Assembly: GCA_030141605.1 (NCBI GenBank)
Contig: JAQGDQ010000100.1
Coordinates: forward strand, 186,001-250,000
Source of the DNA: Tubiluchus corallicola
Taxonomy: Eukaryota > Animalia > Priapulida
Length of the DNA stretch: 64,000 bases
Direction of reading: 5' to 3'
This document shows positions 12,001 through 25,029 of this stretch, in pieces. Position 1 is the first letter of the stretch; each line of letters opens with the position of its first letter. The position numbers were made by a program, and so were the translations under genes. Below the pieces are notes generated by a model, which ran no database searches, was not told the origin of the DNA, and saw only the letters and a program-made list of their open reading frames with translations.

Positions 12001-15000
12001 GAATTCTGCAGTGTCCTGGGCTCCTCGAAGTCTCAGCGATGCAACGACACGATCGTTGAACACCCTCAGGACATGTTGCACATTCTGGAGCTGAAGTTTC
12101 GATGGGAAGACTGCAGAATATGTCAAAGGTGTTGACTTCAGCACATTGTCTTTCTCAGCTTTGTAAAGACTTTTTACTTCAGCAAATGAGCCAACAGTTT
12201 TCTTGTCAAACGATAATCTCAACCACTGTAGCAGCCTCCTTCACGACAGAGAATTGATATGCAGCAGTCAGCTTGTGAACGGGGGTCACTGATATCACGC
12301 TGGGGCCACCATGTAGACATTTAGCCATCACACATAGCATTGATGTAGCTTTACTGTCTGGCTCATTTTTTGCCATGCCATTTAGCACACCCCCTGAAAA
12401 AGCCACTGTTGGGCGTATTTTCACTTCATCCACCAATAGCATACAGTGTTTCTGCTCAGAACTTTTCACTTTCTGAAATGTTTTACCTAGCACCTTGTCA
12501 ATATCTGTCGATGAAATAACTGACTGCTGCTTTCTTTTGCTGGGTGGCACTAAAAAGTCACGCAGTTGTTCGTAATTGCAATGGGGAAATGACTCTATTG
12601 CAAAGCAATAATCAGACACTGTGAAAGTCTTATCACATAATAGTCGAAGCTGTCGTGTTAGAAATTTGAGCTTCTTGGCTTTAGCATTAACACTAGGAGA
12701 TTGTTCTCGATTTTGAGCTAGTTCAAGTTCAAGAGACTTTGTCACTTTGTTGACAATATCATCAACATGATGAATGTGGTTGACAACAGAATTCACAACC
12801 GCGAAAAATTGTGAGTAAGAGGACAGCCCATTGTTCGGACTGAGGATTTTACTTAATGGCACACTGATCCCGTTTTTGAAAGCATACAGAGTAAGAGGGG
12901 AACACAAGGTAGGCTTATTGTGAACAATAATTGACATATAACATTGACTGTGGTCCTCTTATGCAGGTCTTTCTCAGGAGTGAATTCATTGAGAGAAGTT
13001 ATTTTATCCTTTTTAAAGAAATAATTCAGCTGCTGGTCCTCAGTTTTTGGAGGGCGAGGTGGTGGCTTTGGAGTGGGCAAGCATGATGTTGGAACGTTGA
13101 AAATACTGGGTGGATCCACTGTCCTGATGTGACCACCTGGAATTTTGACCATTTGAATGTCCGATGGCCAATGCTTTTCGCAAATGAAAAATTTCGATGG
13201 ATCAACAACAAAGCCTTCGCGTGGGGGAAGAACACTTAGCCATTTCTGTTTTTCTACATGATCTCTTGGCAGTCTGAACACACGACACTTGTTCTCTGTG
13301 TCATAGTTACCTTTGCATTTCACAACACCACACTTGTTAGGCATGCTGCTGAGCACAGATGTATAAAATCCACAAGAAATTTTGAAAATAATCCCCAAAG
13401 AAACAAACACAAGCACGAAAACAACGCTTCATTTGACTTTGAACAATGACACATTAACAATGACAAAGCACTACTTTCAGTAAAACACACTTACGCCTAA
13501 AGTAGTGCGCTATTTAAGAAGTAAAAATGAACACTAATTTCCTTTGATACATAAAATGAACAATTGGTACTTTTCTCCTGTAAGGTAAAGAACCAATTAA
13601 ATGAAAAATAATACTCGCTATCTACTGATCCGCCCATTCTTTAATTTCCAAGATCACTACTCTCTAAAGCGCACTATTTCTAGATTACGTTCATTACGAG
13701 TATTGATCGCCTCCGCTGCCAGAATCAGTGATCTGACTGTGCACGTCCTGTGTATAGTAGTCCTTGGTATTGTTGTATAGTATTCTTGCAATTCATGCCT
13801 TTGTTTCCAGCCCTATTATCTAATTCTAAAAGTCTGTGCTGTGATAGATGTACTTCCAACTCAAGTCAACACCAGAAATGAATAATTAAGCTACATTTTC
13901 ACACCTAAGCTTTTGCATTAACAGTGTTACAGGAACAGTTTTATAAATGTTATTTGTGTTTCAAGCTCAAAGAAGATTATTACTATAACTTGAACAAATT
14001 TAAAATCTATTTCTTTTTTTTTGGATGTCACACTAACAAGGAAAGATCATTTCTGCAAACTGATTAATATACAAAACACGAAACAATATGATTGCATATT
14101 GAAAATGTGTGTAAGACTTTACGAAAATGATCTGTATGTGTGTGTTTTTTTTGTAGTTTGAGGTTCCTTCTCCACTGACGAAGGAGCACGTTATAAAAAC
14201 TCACAAAGCTGAGTTGGCAAGTTATGCGAGCTTGGTTATACATTATCTAGTCAATTTACAGACGATCATGCAACAGTTTAAAAAGTATGTGATTATATAC
14301 AGTGGGACCTCGACTTACGAAAAAACCTTATTATACGAAAAATTCAGAATACAAATTGGGCTTCGAAGAAATTTCCATCCCATCTAACGAAAAAATATTC
14401 AAGATACGAAACAAAAATCGAAAGTGCCGCCCGACAGCGGTCCTCCCAGAATCCATTTCTTAGCATCACGTGAATGCTGTGTTGTGCTCTTATCTCACGT
14501 GAACGCAATCAATAACCATGGGTTCGAAAAATATGAAAGTGGCATGCCTTTAAGTGCTATCTCAGGGGAGTATAAGAAAACACTTCGACGATCGGTCATT
14601 AATTAACATTTCTTTCGGGTGGGTACAATATTTACACTTTATACAACTCTTTTCGGGGGCTGGAACAAATTACGCCATTTATATGGTAAATCTTGTCTCA
14701 TAATACGAAAATTCTAAGATACGAAAGCCCCTCCGGAACAAATTAATTTCGTATCTCAAGGTATCACTGTACTTTGGCATAATTAATTATTACCCAAACG
14801 ATGATCTTTTCAAAACTACCTGGCGACCTCATTTGGTGGTTTTGTCAAATATTTTCTATAATGTTTTGCGGTAATGAAGGATTAATAAAATTGTTTAAGT
14901 TAAAAATTTACTCTGTTTTCAATATACAGTTCTGCCTTAAACTATCACCTTTTACTGATAATTCACTTAACAGCTGTGAAATTTTTGCCACTGATTTTTT

Positions 15001-18000
15001 TCGTCAAGCGATAAATTTTTTTTGCCAACGAATTTTCCATTTATCAACGGGCTTTACGTTGTCATTCATTTGATAACTAAATTCCTTTATTAACATGTTC
15101 TTATATTTAGACCTCTGTTAGTTTTGTTGTTCTGTGAAGTTGGTCTTTTACCAGATCACGTGAAAGAACTCTTTCTTGCGCATCTTAAAGATGAAGCATT
15201 TGTTTTTGTATTATTAGATGAATGACGATGTTTAAGTAAATTTCAACTTTTCTTCGACAGTGCACTAAACACTTGTACTGCTGACCTGTTCTTGAAGATT
15301 GGTGGTATGTACCCGGAGTTTGCTTTGCACGAGCGAACCTTAGATGCATTCATTCAGCTACTGAAGAAAGACCAACTTGATGAAACAATTACATTAGAAG
15401 CTTTTGAAAAGGCTATTGCATTCTTTCAGGTACAGATGTATTATTACATTAATATGATTATTTCTTTTATTATTCCTAATATTCATATTAACATTCAAGA
15501 CCATTAAAAGAAAATTTTTTCACTGTAAGATACTAATGGCAGACACAGACTAGCAAGTTTTTTGTTACGAGTTTCCTCTGTGGCAAGTTACTGTCGGCAA
15601 AAAATTGCAAACTCTGACACTAATTGAACACCCTTGCGAATTATTTGGCAAAAAACTCCTTAGTCAGAGCACTCTAACCGTAACATTGAGAAAAATATTT
15701 TTGAGCTCGTAGAGACTGCATTTCATTTTTGAAGAGTTTTGCCTACTTGTCTTTATCTTATTATCATTATTATTACTGCCATTCTTTGATTTTTTTATGA
15801 TTCTCCTGGATTTTGTCGTTCTTAATTACAAAACCTTCCTGGGTTATTATGTCTAAAACAGATGCTTACAAATGTGTAAGCACTACTAAGCACATTTCTC
15901 TAATAAATTATCTTTTTTCTGTATTCAGATTTTTGGGAATTTGAATGTATTAATGTTTTTCTTACATATTGCAGCATGTGTACAATACTTACTTCGTTGA
16001 ATCATCAGTTGACTGCACTTCGTATTTGTCTCATCATGTGAAATTGATCGGTTCAGCGAGTGATTGCATCAGCCTAGATTTGAGTCGTCTGCAGATGATA
16101 TTACTTCCGGGTGAAGAGACGAGCGAGATGTCTATTCTGTTTAAAGATATCACCACATTCAACGATGATATTAAAATGTTTATGAAAAAGGTGGAATAAC
16201 TTTTCTGATATAAATTTAATTAATATGCTGAAATGGCATCAATTGCAAAATTATCAGAACTTAAAATCTTGCAAATTAGTAATGAAACATTTCCAGAATT
16301 ATTTGAAAAAAAACAAATTTAATTTTATTATATTTTGTTCTATATGATTAATGTAAACTGATGTTTGGTAACCCATACCTGTCAGTATGATGCATCACAT
16401 TAATTGTATCAACTGCAGTGCCTCCATATGATACTCTACTTGAAGTCATTGTTGTAGTACTTTTCAATTAAAGCTTTTGTAGTAAACTAGATGTGTTGTT
16501 CTAGCAAAACAATACGAAATACTTACAGCCTAATAAACTTATTGGCAAATAGTATAGTTAGACTTGTAAAAGCAAAACCTAATTAAAATTAGAACTTTGG
16601 TCACAAGATGACTGCATGTAATAATGTTATTGTTCCATCGTATGTACACAGCTCGTATTATTAAGATTTTTGTTTATGTTTATATGTAACGCGATACTAA
16701 CCTAGTCGCTGTGCTTGATGCTTTATTTTGCAAACTAACTTGCTTTTATAATATTTCAGATACGTAGACGCATGCCTCAAGAAGGACAAAAGCAAATATT
16801 AAACTTCAGCAAAGAAGTGCAAGATAATTTGAGACATTGTGGAAATGACATGGCACGGGTGGTACGAACTGTCAATGAATTAGCACACTCTGCTATGCAA
16901 CAGTTAGCTGTTCTTCCAGGTTCTGATTGCTTCTCAAAATTTTTTATTCCTATCATTGAAAGCTTGTCTTTGTGCAGATTAATATTGTTTGATTGTTTGA
17001 TAAACCTTGACGGGATTATTGTGTATTATGAATAATGTTAGGAAAGGAAAAATTTTGGTCCAGCTTGAATTTTTGTTTAAATCAAGATTCATCAAAAAAA
17101 AGTAAAAACACACTCGAGCTTGTGTGTGTGTGTGTGTGTGTGCGTGCGTGCGTGTGGGCGCGTGCGTGCGTGCGTGTGTCTGTACGTGCATGCGAGCGTG
17201 TGTGAAAGCGCACGCCAGCGTGCCTGCATGCATGTGTGATCAAAGCAACTAGACTACGGTTTTGCACAAATCATTCAAGCCATTTTTGCAATGGCAGTTT
17301 TGCAAACTTTCCAAAAGTTGATATTTTCAAAAAATATGTAACAAAATCACAACATTCTCGCTAAACGTATTTCCTTAATTCAAATACCATAGGTAGCCAA
17401 TGAAAGTCCTTCCAATCGAAGATGACCATAGTGACAGGGATAAAGGGTCAGTTTGGGGGGTTGTCATTCTTTTCCTGTCATCAAGACTTGTGCGTGACTT
17501 GGTTTAAAGTGAGGGAGGGATTGCACCAGGTTGCCAGCCTCGCTCTCTCCACGCCAGAAGTATAATCCATGGGAAAGGCAGAGCCAGTACATCTGGTACT
17601 TCAGGCGTCGCAGGAGTTGTCGGAATCATGGTGCTATGTAACATGACCCGCATATAGGGACCCCAGCTCCGGATTTTACCTTGGGGTTTACTCCTGAAGC
17701 CTTTTCCACGGAGGGTATAGCCACAAGACAGTGGAGGTTTGTGATCAGTGTTTTCCTTCACCTAGATGGATTGCCGGCCAAGACTAAGGAGCCCCATCTA
17801 CCCCATGGGGCTAGCCAATAGGTTCATAGTAACTGTGTTTACACCCGTTGTGATGAAATGTGCTTTTTGTTGTTGCTGTTGTCATTGTACTTGTTGTCTT
17901 GTCCAGCAGCAGTGTATTAGTCATGTTGCTCTCTTTGTGTTTCTTTTGTGTTTGTGTTACTATCGAGAAATGCATAAAAAAATTTAGATTCCCTTTTGCA

Positions 18001-21000
18001 TGTGCCTCAGCTTCTGCATGTTAATTTGTAAATTTAACCTGGCACAGTTTCTGTGCTTACATTAAAAATATTAAGAAACAGTACAACATTGTGGACTCAT
18101 AGGGACTTACAATGATGCACATCTTCTGAATTATTGCGATGTTATAGTTTGATAATAAGGTTTGTTATTTTCCAGATGCAGATGGGCTTCCAGCAAAAAA
18201 GATCGAGGAACTTGCATTTCAGGCATCGGACAAAATCTATACCACAGATGATAATGGACCTTTCGATAGTCTTCGGCAGGACATGTCAACATCCATGGCA
18301 CTTTCAAACCAAGTAGCTACAGCTATGCAGGAGGGTGAATATGATTCTGGTGGAAGTGATGAGAAAAAGGTGACATACTTGATTGTCTACTTTATTTATT
18401 AACAAAATAACACATTAATTACATTACAAATCCTATAAACAGATCAGCAGTAGTCTTGCCACTTGTGAGCATGTAGGCCATGAACACTAACTTCTTAAGC
18501 ATTCTCATGTTTAATTATCCGTTTCTCAAAAATCAGCTCATTCTTTAATAGGCCTTTGTTCTTACATTTCTAGCTAGGCAAATGCTCTTATTTAAGATAC
18601 TTGAGTAAGTTGTAATATTGTTTTCTTTAAATGATAGTGAAAAGGAGTGGCATTAAAAAGAAATCCAAATATTTACATAGCAAAGCTAATATTGTACGTG
18701 TACTAAACTTTAAGTTAATATTATGCTAAAATTAAAATTATATATTTAGCCAACAGCACCAGTATTTCTGAGAGCTGCAGCCATGAAAAGCATGATTAGT
18801 GATATGGAAAATCTGAAATTTAAACTCGAAGCAAAAGAAGATGACATTAGAGAACTCAAAAAAGCCTTGAAAGTTCGGGTAACAACATTTACTCTTTTTT
18901 ATGGATGTTGGTTTTGTACTTGGATATACTTAAGTGTACTGATAATCACACTTAAACAAATGTGGCTGCCATTATTGCTGTGAATATTGCTGAGAAAAAA
19001 TTGTAAAGAATAGGCTCAATGATTAGTAACCCAGCTGTGTCCAGTTTCATAAAACTCATAATGTAAGCTTAAAAATTTTCTGATTATTGTTTTACTTATA
19101 AAGTGATTCTCTGATTTACGATTTTGTGAGACCGGGAGTGCTTTGTGAAGCCAGACAGTGACTGATCACCAGCATTTCTTTCTCAAATTGTTTTAATTTG
19201 ATAGTTAAAATAAATCCAGTCAAACACCTGCCAGCATATGCTTCTTGAAAAAAATTAATGTTCTCTCTTAATATTTGTTATATATGTGCTTGCAAGCCGT
19301 GCATAAGTTGGCATAGTTAAAACTACATTATGATGCTTCAAAGTCGAAAGCACCAAAAATTTGGGCAAAAGTCGATCTTTTATTTTTTATGAAAACAAAT
19401 ACTAAATATATTGGACTTTTATATTCTAGCATCAAATTATCGGGAAAATGTACAAAAAATATTAAAAACCTAATTTTATAACTCCTTTCCCACTTTTCTG
19501 TCTTGAAACTAGTACTGCAATTGTAAAAAAAACTTGTATTTTCTAACTCCGATTGTAGCTCGTGGAAGCAGCCATTTTGCTTCGGGTTTTTTCTGTTGAC
19601 AAGACCAGATCTTCGTCAGGAAGAGCCATCTACTGGATTTAAACGTAACTTCAATTTGCTCTTGTAAAATCCATAGCAACCACACTTCCATATGATTGCT
19701 AAGTGTTTTGTAGCGATGCAATAAAAACATTAGCTGACTTTAACAACGTTTTTCCCAAGATTAGGTTTTTTCAGTGCATAATGTGCACCTCAACTTCAAC
19801 CTGAATTATCTCAGCTTAGAAATAACATAAAGCGATGAGCTTGGTACCAAAATAATCCTCATGAAATGGAGATTCCGGATATGTGAATAACTAGAAAACG
19901 TTAATGTAGATAAATGGCGACTTATGGACGATTTTGCTTTGCAAGCACACATATATAAATGGCGTTGTGAAAAATCTATTTTGCTTTTAAATTATACTAT
20001 GCTTTGTGAACCTGAATTACCCATTGTGATTGTGCTGTGATGTGACTTCCATGATGTTATCATACTTATTCATTTCTTGTTTCACAGCATGCTGTATGGA
20101 AAGAAAGTACAGATTTTTATTTGTAACATTAATTTGTGTGATTCACAGGCTGAAGAAGTTTCGGAAATAAATGTGAGATTGGGACTCGCTGAAAAGAAAA
20201 TTGAAAACTCTTCTAAAGATGCAGATGAGAGAGTGGAAAAAACTCGACGCAAGTTAGATGAGGCAAATGCTTTACTGAAGAAAAAGGAGAAGTGAGCATG
20301 ATGCATACTAATTCTGCATTTTTTCAGTTCACTTCAATTTTAGCAGCTCTTTCATATAATTCCATACACTGCAAGCTGGAATGTATCACTCACAAGCAAG
20401 GCCATACACAATAGGAGAGACTGTGGCAAGACTGGCTATTTCACTTTGAATGACTATGTGTTCCAAAATTTTTGACGGAAATAAATTGAGGCTTTTTTGA
20501 GTACACGTGACTAGAAAGGATTCCCAAAATTCGAATTTTCACTGTGTTGTGCCCACCTTTCCATATCAAATTCAATTTTCCCATTCGGCTTCAAGAAATG
20601 TCTGTTGATAAATTTGCTGCCATGCTTGATTACTGAATGATTTACTTGAGTAAGAATTACAAATAGTATTTAAGTTAACAAAGCTCATATTTACAAATCA
20701 TTTACACAGTCATCTTAACAATTTGGCTTCATGTGTGTTTTGTGCAAACGAGTATGCCCAACGATTTGTTCAGCACTTGACCTTTACACATGCCGTTCCA
20801 TTACAGAGAATATGAGGAAACAATGGACGTACTTCAAAGAGATATTGATGCGCTAGAGCAAGATAAAACTGAACTAAAAGACAAGCTTAATAAAATTACA
20901 AAAAGAGCTATGATGCAGGGGATCTCACAAAGTTACGCTTCTGCAACTCTAGGCGGTAACGTTATTTTAGTGGTTTTATAAGTGCACTGGCATTTTCAAG

Positions 21001-24000
21001 CAAATTACATATAATATGCATCAGAATTAAAAGGCACAGAAAATGAGTACTTTAAGAAATTTTTATAGCTGCAGGCACTTTTTCTTAGTGTCTCATCACT
21101 GCCATGAAAGATCAATTAGTTGATGTAGAAACCAAAAAATCTTGTCATGGGCTTAGATTGTCTTGTATTTCAACAGGCTCTCCTACAGGTGGCGCTTCCT
21201 TTGTGCCGTCAGCTCCTGCAGAAGTGAGAGATTCACCGTTACTGCTGGAACAAATTAGTGCACTTAAACAGGCTCTAAGCAGCACAAAACATGAAAATGC
21301 ACGACTTCTGGGCGAGCGTATGAAAGTATGACTTCAAACCTTGATTTTGTTTTAACTTATGTTTTTGGAATAATAGTTAATCTTCTCTACCCTATATAGA
21401 GCCATGTAAATTAATTACACAAGTAACTTAACATGACTCTGATATGACATGAGATGAAATCAGCAACTAGCAAATAACCTTAGCAGAGTCATATCAGTTT
21501 AAGTGTACAAATTAATTAGTTTAACTTACAGGTCAAACTTTTCAAACCAATGTGCACCTTTAAAAACACACTAGTTTTTTAGTTCAATTTTAGTTGATAA
21601 TAATTTTAGCAGATGGTGCTTAGTGTGCTTAGTATAGTATAGTGTACACAGTATGTTGTGCCATCTATAGACAATAATGGGGACCATTCATCTAGTACTT
21701 CTTTTTACCTACAGGCATGAATAGTCATACTTGGTAATGATAATCTCAGTAAGTTGTTTAAATATTTGTATTCTATCGTAATATCTGTACTGCCAGTGCC
21801 ATTTTCAAAGTATGATGAAACTCGTTGGCTGAAAAAAATTTCTACGTCATTAGATTATCAATACAGATTCTTATGTACTCCATAGCCAAAAGTTTCATAT
21901 TTCGTGCAGACTTTCTGTCCTAAAATTTTGTTCTGTATAGCATGGCTGACGTCATGTAGCTTAAAACTGAAAACTAATAATCAGGTGCATAGGAAAATCT
22001 CGGGTATATACCATACCTCAATGCATGCATAATGGTAATGTATGTTGAATAGATAAATGTATTCTATTTTGAAAATATCTGATATCAACATATCAGGTAA
22101 TAGTCTGCTAGTTTGCAATACTTGAATAAAAAAGCAAATTAGCCTTGTAGTTTTGCCATTTCTCAATTTATTAAACTAGTTCTTCATTGTTTTAGAAGCA
22201 GATGGCACAGTTGCCACCACTTAATGTTCCTAAGAAACCAATCAGTCCCATCTCCCAGACGGGTTTCGTCAAACCGGATGAGTTGTCAGGAGACAGCAAC
22301 ATAAATAATTTGAATAGGAAGACGAATGCTTTGCTCTTAGAACTCTATAAACTGAGTGCATCGCCAAAGGTACCTATTTCATTTTTTGCAAAGCTATTGT
22401 TATCTAACCTATTGTCTAACTATTTTAACTTTAAAGCTACATTCCTTTTTGACTTCTAAGTTTGCAAGCCTCTATTAGAAAGGGTACACATACTAGTAAT
22501 GTACTCTTTTGCTTCAACGTTCTTTACAGTACATCATCACTTTCATGATACAGCAACACTTTTTTACATGGCTTTTCAATACTATGACTTGCTAATTTCT
22601 TAAATGCTGGTTTTTTTATTCAATTTCTTTAAATACTTACTACTAGTAAAAAGACAGTTGTTATCAAAAGCAGTTGTAACGTATTTCCTCCACCTCTTAT
22701 TGACAATACAAAAGTTTTCAATATGTGTATGCTGTATGGTATACTTAGTTAATTCTGTTTATTTACTTGTGTTGCATTGGCGTATACCAAATATGTCTGA
22801 AGTAAAATTGTCAATTTGACTCCATTCAATTTAGTTTGTTTAAGCAATTCTAAACATTGTTTGAAGTTCTTCAAATTTAATTCATGAAAAATTGTAAACA
22901 GGTAGTCGACATTACGAAGCAAAAGCCAGGCATTAAAGCAGCCACTGATAGAACATCACCGTCATATCAACTGGTTGAATCGACATCAAGGATAGTACAA
23001 CTACAGAATGAAGCAGTCGATCTACAAGTGCAAATTACCAATTTGCTTGCATCACAACGGCTTGGAGGTCAAGTCCGGACCGTCTTCTCACAGTTTCCTT
23101 CTACAGCTTATAGCAAGGTTATTATCTAGCTAATACTCTCAATACATTTGAGTGTTGTTGTGGGTTAAAAATAATTCTACAATGCATTTTCATGTTATCC
23201 TTGGTTTAAAGCAATTCCATATGAATTATTAATAACATTTGTATGCAAACTAATGCAATCATTATGAAACTGCTTAGCTACTGTCAATCTATAGTCTAGT
23301 GCAGCTGTAGATATTGAAATGAAGAGTTACTCTTTGCTGAAAATCAGAGCCAAGTCAAAATGCATTAAAAGAACTGACGTTGCCTAATATAGATGTTTTA
23401 CAAGAGTTATACTAGTTATATTCAATAATACTATATTCAAGTTGCACTTGTGTAGAAAAATTAATAACTTAGTGATTCTTTTTAGGCCCTCTCTAACCTA
23501 CTTTTCTCGAGAAACCAAGTGGTCACGGTGTCTGCTTAAAAACCAGAAATGAACAGTGCTGTACTGTAACTGGTAATAAATTGCAAATGAACGGGTTCAT
23601 TGCTGCAGTGTCTCGGGCTGTTTATCTCATTTAGAACTAAAAAACCCTGCCAGTTCAGTATCTTTATTTCAAACAATTACCCTTGATTTATCATTAACAA
23701 TCATTTACAATCATTAATGTAACAAGTTGGCTCAACTGCTGGTATAAGTTGATATAATAGAAGCAGAGTTATATTGGAGGCAAAATTGCAATGATAATTG
23801 AAAAACTATAAACTATGTCGTACATGTGTACCTTTAAAACAGCTATCAGACAAAGCAACAGGTAAAAGAAATATTTGTGTTGTTTTGGCATAATGATAAT
23901 GTAATGATAAATACATGTATTTAGGAATTTTTTTTAAATCTATTACTGCATTGTAGGTGTTACAAGAAAAGCAAAGTGATGCAAGGCATATTGGTAAGAT

Positions 24001-24112
24001 TACCATTCCAGCTAGTGGGGATTTGACTAACCAAGGAACTACAATGAGGATTCTAGTTCAGCCACATCAGTTTAAGCATATACACAGCCAACTTGGGCCA
24101 TTTGTAAAATAA
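3030..24112 (+). CDS. DCTN1: Dynactin subunit 1 (p150Glued), 26 coding exons, about 1328 aa
   Basis: CAP-Gly domain (GTRVEV...[25 protein letters not shown]), then CC1 coiled coil ([29 protein letters not shown]) and dynactin domain ([11 protein letters not shown]). Phase-consistent exons: 3030-3245, 3504-3789, 4099-4173, 4540-4649, 5150-5347, 6124-6303, 7082-7178, 7511-7589, 8164-8323, 8757-8861, 9426-9527, 9619-9828, 10076-10175, 10604-10689, 14157-14284, 15261-15429, 15975-16190, 16760-16919, 18176-18369, 18750-18878, 20149-20291, 20807-20955, 21177-21325, 22196-22369, 22902-23117, 23957-24112 (TAA). Confidence 0.96.
10874..13766 (-). mobile_element. P-element superfamily (THAP9-like) DNA transposon, 2893 bp, in a DCTN1 intron
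   Basis: Perfect 8-bp TSD GTATTGTT (10866-10873 and 13767-13774). 16-bp TIR CAAGGACTACTATACA (10874-10889 and 13751-13766). 13-bp subterminal inverted repeat AGCGGAGGCGATC (10897-10909 and 13705-13717). Contains THAP plus P-type transposase ORFs. Confidence 0.95.
11194..13344 (-). pseudogene. THAP-domain P-element transposase, split into three ORFs by frameshifts near 12950 and 12220
   Basis: THAP zinc finger from ATG 13344 ([10 protein letters not shown]...FRLP...KWL...ICEKHW...PPSIF). First catalytic Asp motif [10 protein letters not shown]. Insertion-domain segment ([17 protein letters not shown]). Catalytic Glu motif [20 protein letters not shown]. The segment that normally carries the second Asp and the DxxH motif is not visible at the 12220 junction. 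Confidence 0.88.
14300..14769. mobile_element. Tc1/mariner-pogo-type MITE
   Basis: TA on both flanks. Imperfect TIRs CAGTGGGACCTCGACTTACGAAA and (reverse complement) CAGTGATACCTTGAGATACGAAA. Internal repeats of ATACGAAA. No ORF. Begins 15 nt into the intron. Confidence 0.8.
15537..15676. mobile_element. Short degenerate MITE-like element (possibly PIF/Harbinger type); related copy at about 51415-51692 in opposite orientation
   Basis: Imperfect termini (CACAGACTAG ... TTAGTCAGAG). Shares TGTCAGA..GTTTGCAAT, CAGTAACTTGC and AGGTGTTCA motifs with 51415-51692. Confidence 0.4.
17120..17238. repeat. (TG)n/(TGCG)n compound microsatellite
   Basis: Alternating purine-pyrimidine run read directly from the sequence. 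Confidence 0.9.
17500..17815 (-). mobile_element. RTE-clade retroelement 5'-region fragment (or derived SINE)
   Basis: GC-rich island in an AT-rich intron. The minus strand reads ...CTTGGCCGGCAATCCATCTAGGTGAAGGAAAACACTGATCACAAACC..., which resembles the conserved 5'-UTR block I recall from RTE elements. A more decayed relative may lie at about 6476-6690. Confidence 0.55.
19281..19955. mobile_element. Non-autonomous DNA element with imperfect terminal inverted repeats
   Basis: Left end TATATGTGCTTGCAA..CGTGCATAAGT matches the reverse complement of the right end, TATATGTGTGCTTGCAA...CGTCCATAAGT. TA-rich flanks, no coding capacity. Confidence 0.55.
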
Positions 24113-24485
24113 ACTTTATAGCAGGTCTTGCGAGAAGATGATGTGCAATGATGTCAACAGCTTTATTGACTCCATAATGAAGGTACTAATGTATTAATAA
24201 TAATATTTGTACTCATTGTTCAAATTAATTATTTAGAAATTTGGATATTAATTAGTGGCTTCATGTGACTAAAGTTGATGATAACAGTCTGGTCTTGGTA
24301 TTTTAATTGTTCGAATATCTTTTTTATTGGTTTCTCATATTTGGTGTCACTGCATGATTGGAAACTTAATTCTAATATTTAGTAAAGCATTTAAGTAAGG
24401 CATCACCAAGTTTTACTTTTTTATTGATACAAAATATAGTCAAAGTTTATTTATTCGCTGAGTGCTTTTTGAATCTATCATGTCT

Positions 24486-24491
24486 AATAAA
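24486..24491 (+). terminator. Candidate DCTN1 polyadenylation signal AATAAA (second candidate at 24553)
   Basis: AATAAA about 370 nt after the stop codon, followed by GT/T-rich sequence. Confidence 0.5.
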
Positions 24492-25029
24492 ATTAAATGT
24501 TGTGACTAAATTGAACTTTCTGTGTCATATTGCTTATGGTTGTAATCCATTGAATAAAGGTTAAGCACAAATCATGAACGGTGGTGAGAGAGTAGCATTT
24601 TACTTTTTGGAAAAGTTCTAAAAAACTTGCACAAGGAATCGCTAATTTTTATGATATAAGCAGGAATAGGAATGAGTTTTTAAAAAGTAGTAGCACCTTC
24701 ACAATTTTACGATGCAATATATGGTAATTAATTAAAATTATTTTTCCAGTCTCACACTCATATCAAATAACTTCACGTAACACTTACTTTTACAGAACTT
24801 GTGTATGCAACCAGTTACTTTTCTGATGGTGGAGTAGGAACATGCATTATTTATTATATTTGCAAAATACATGAGGATTCAAGCTGCACGGAAAACACCA
24901 TTTACAGAAAAAAAATTGTGTAGCACGATTATAATAAATAAATATTTATTCCGAAAAATATTACCAACTCCATTGTTAAATGAATCCAAAATATAAATAC
25001 ATGAATATCTGAAAAATACCTAGCAACAT

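Noticed and set aside
13671-13683. GCACTATTTCTAG shared with 56211-56223 near the putative YEATS-gene promoter
   Set aside because: A 13-bp match between arbitrary positions is expected by chance in 64 kb of AT-rich DNA.
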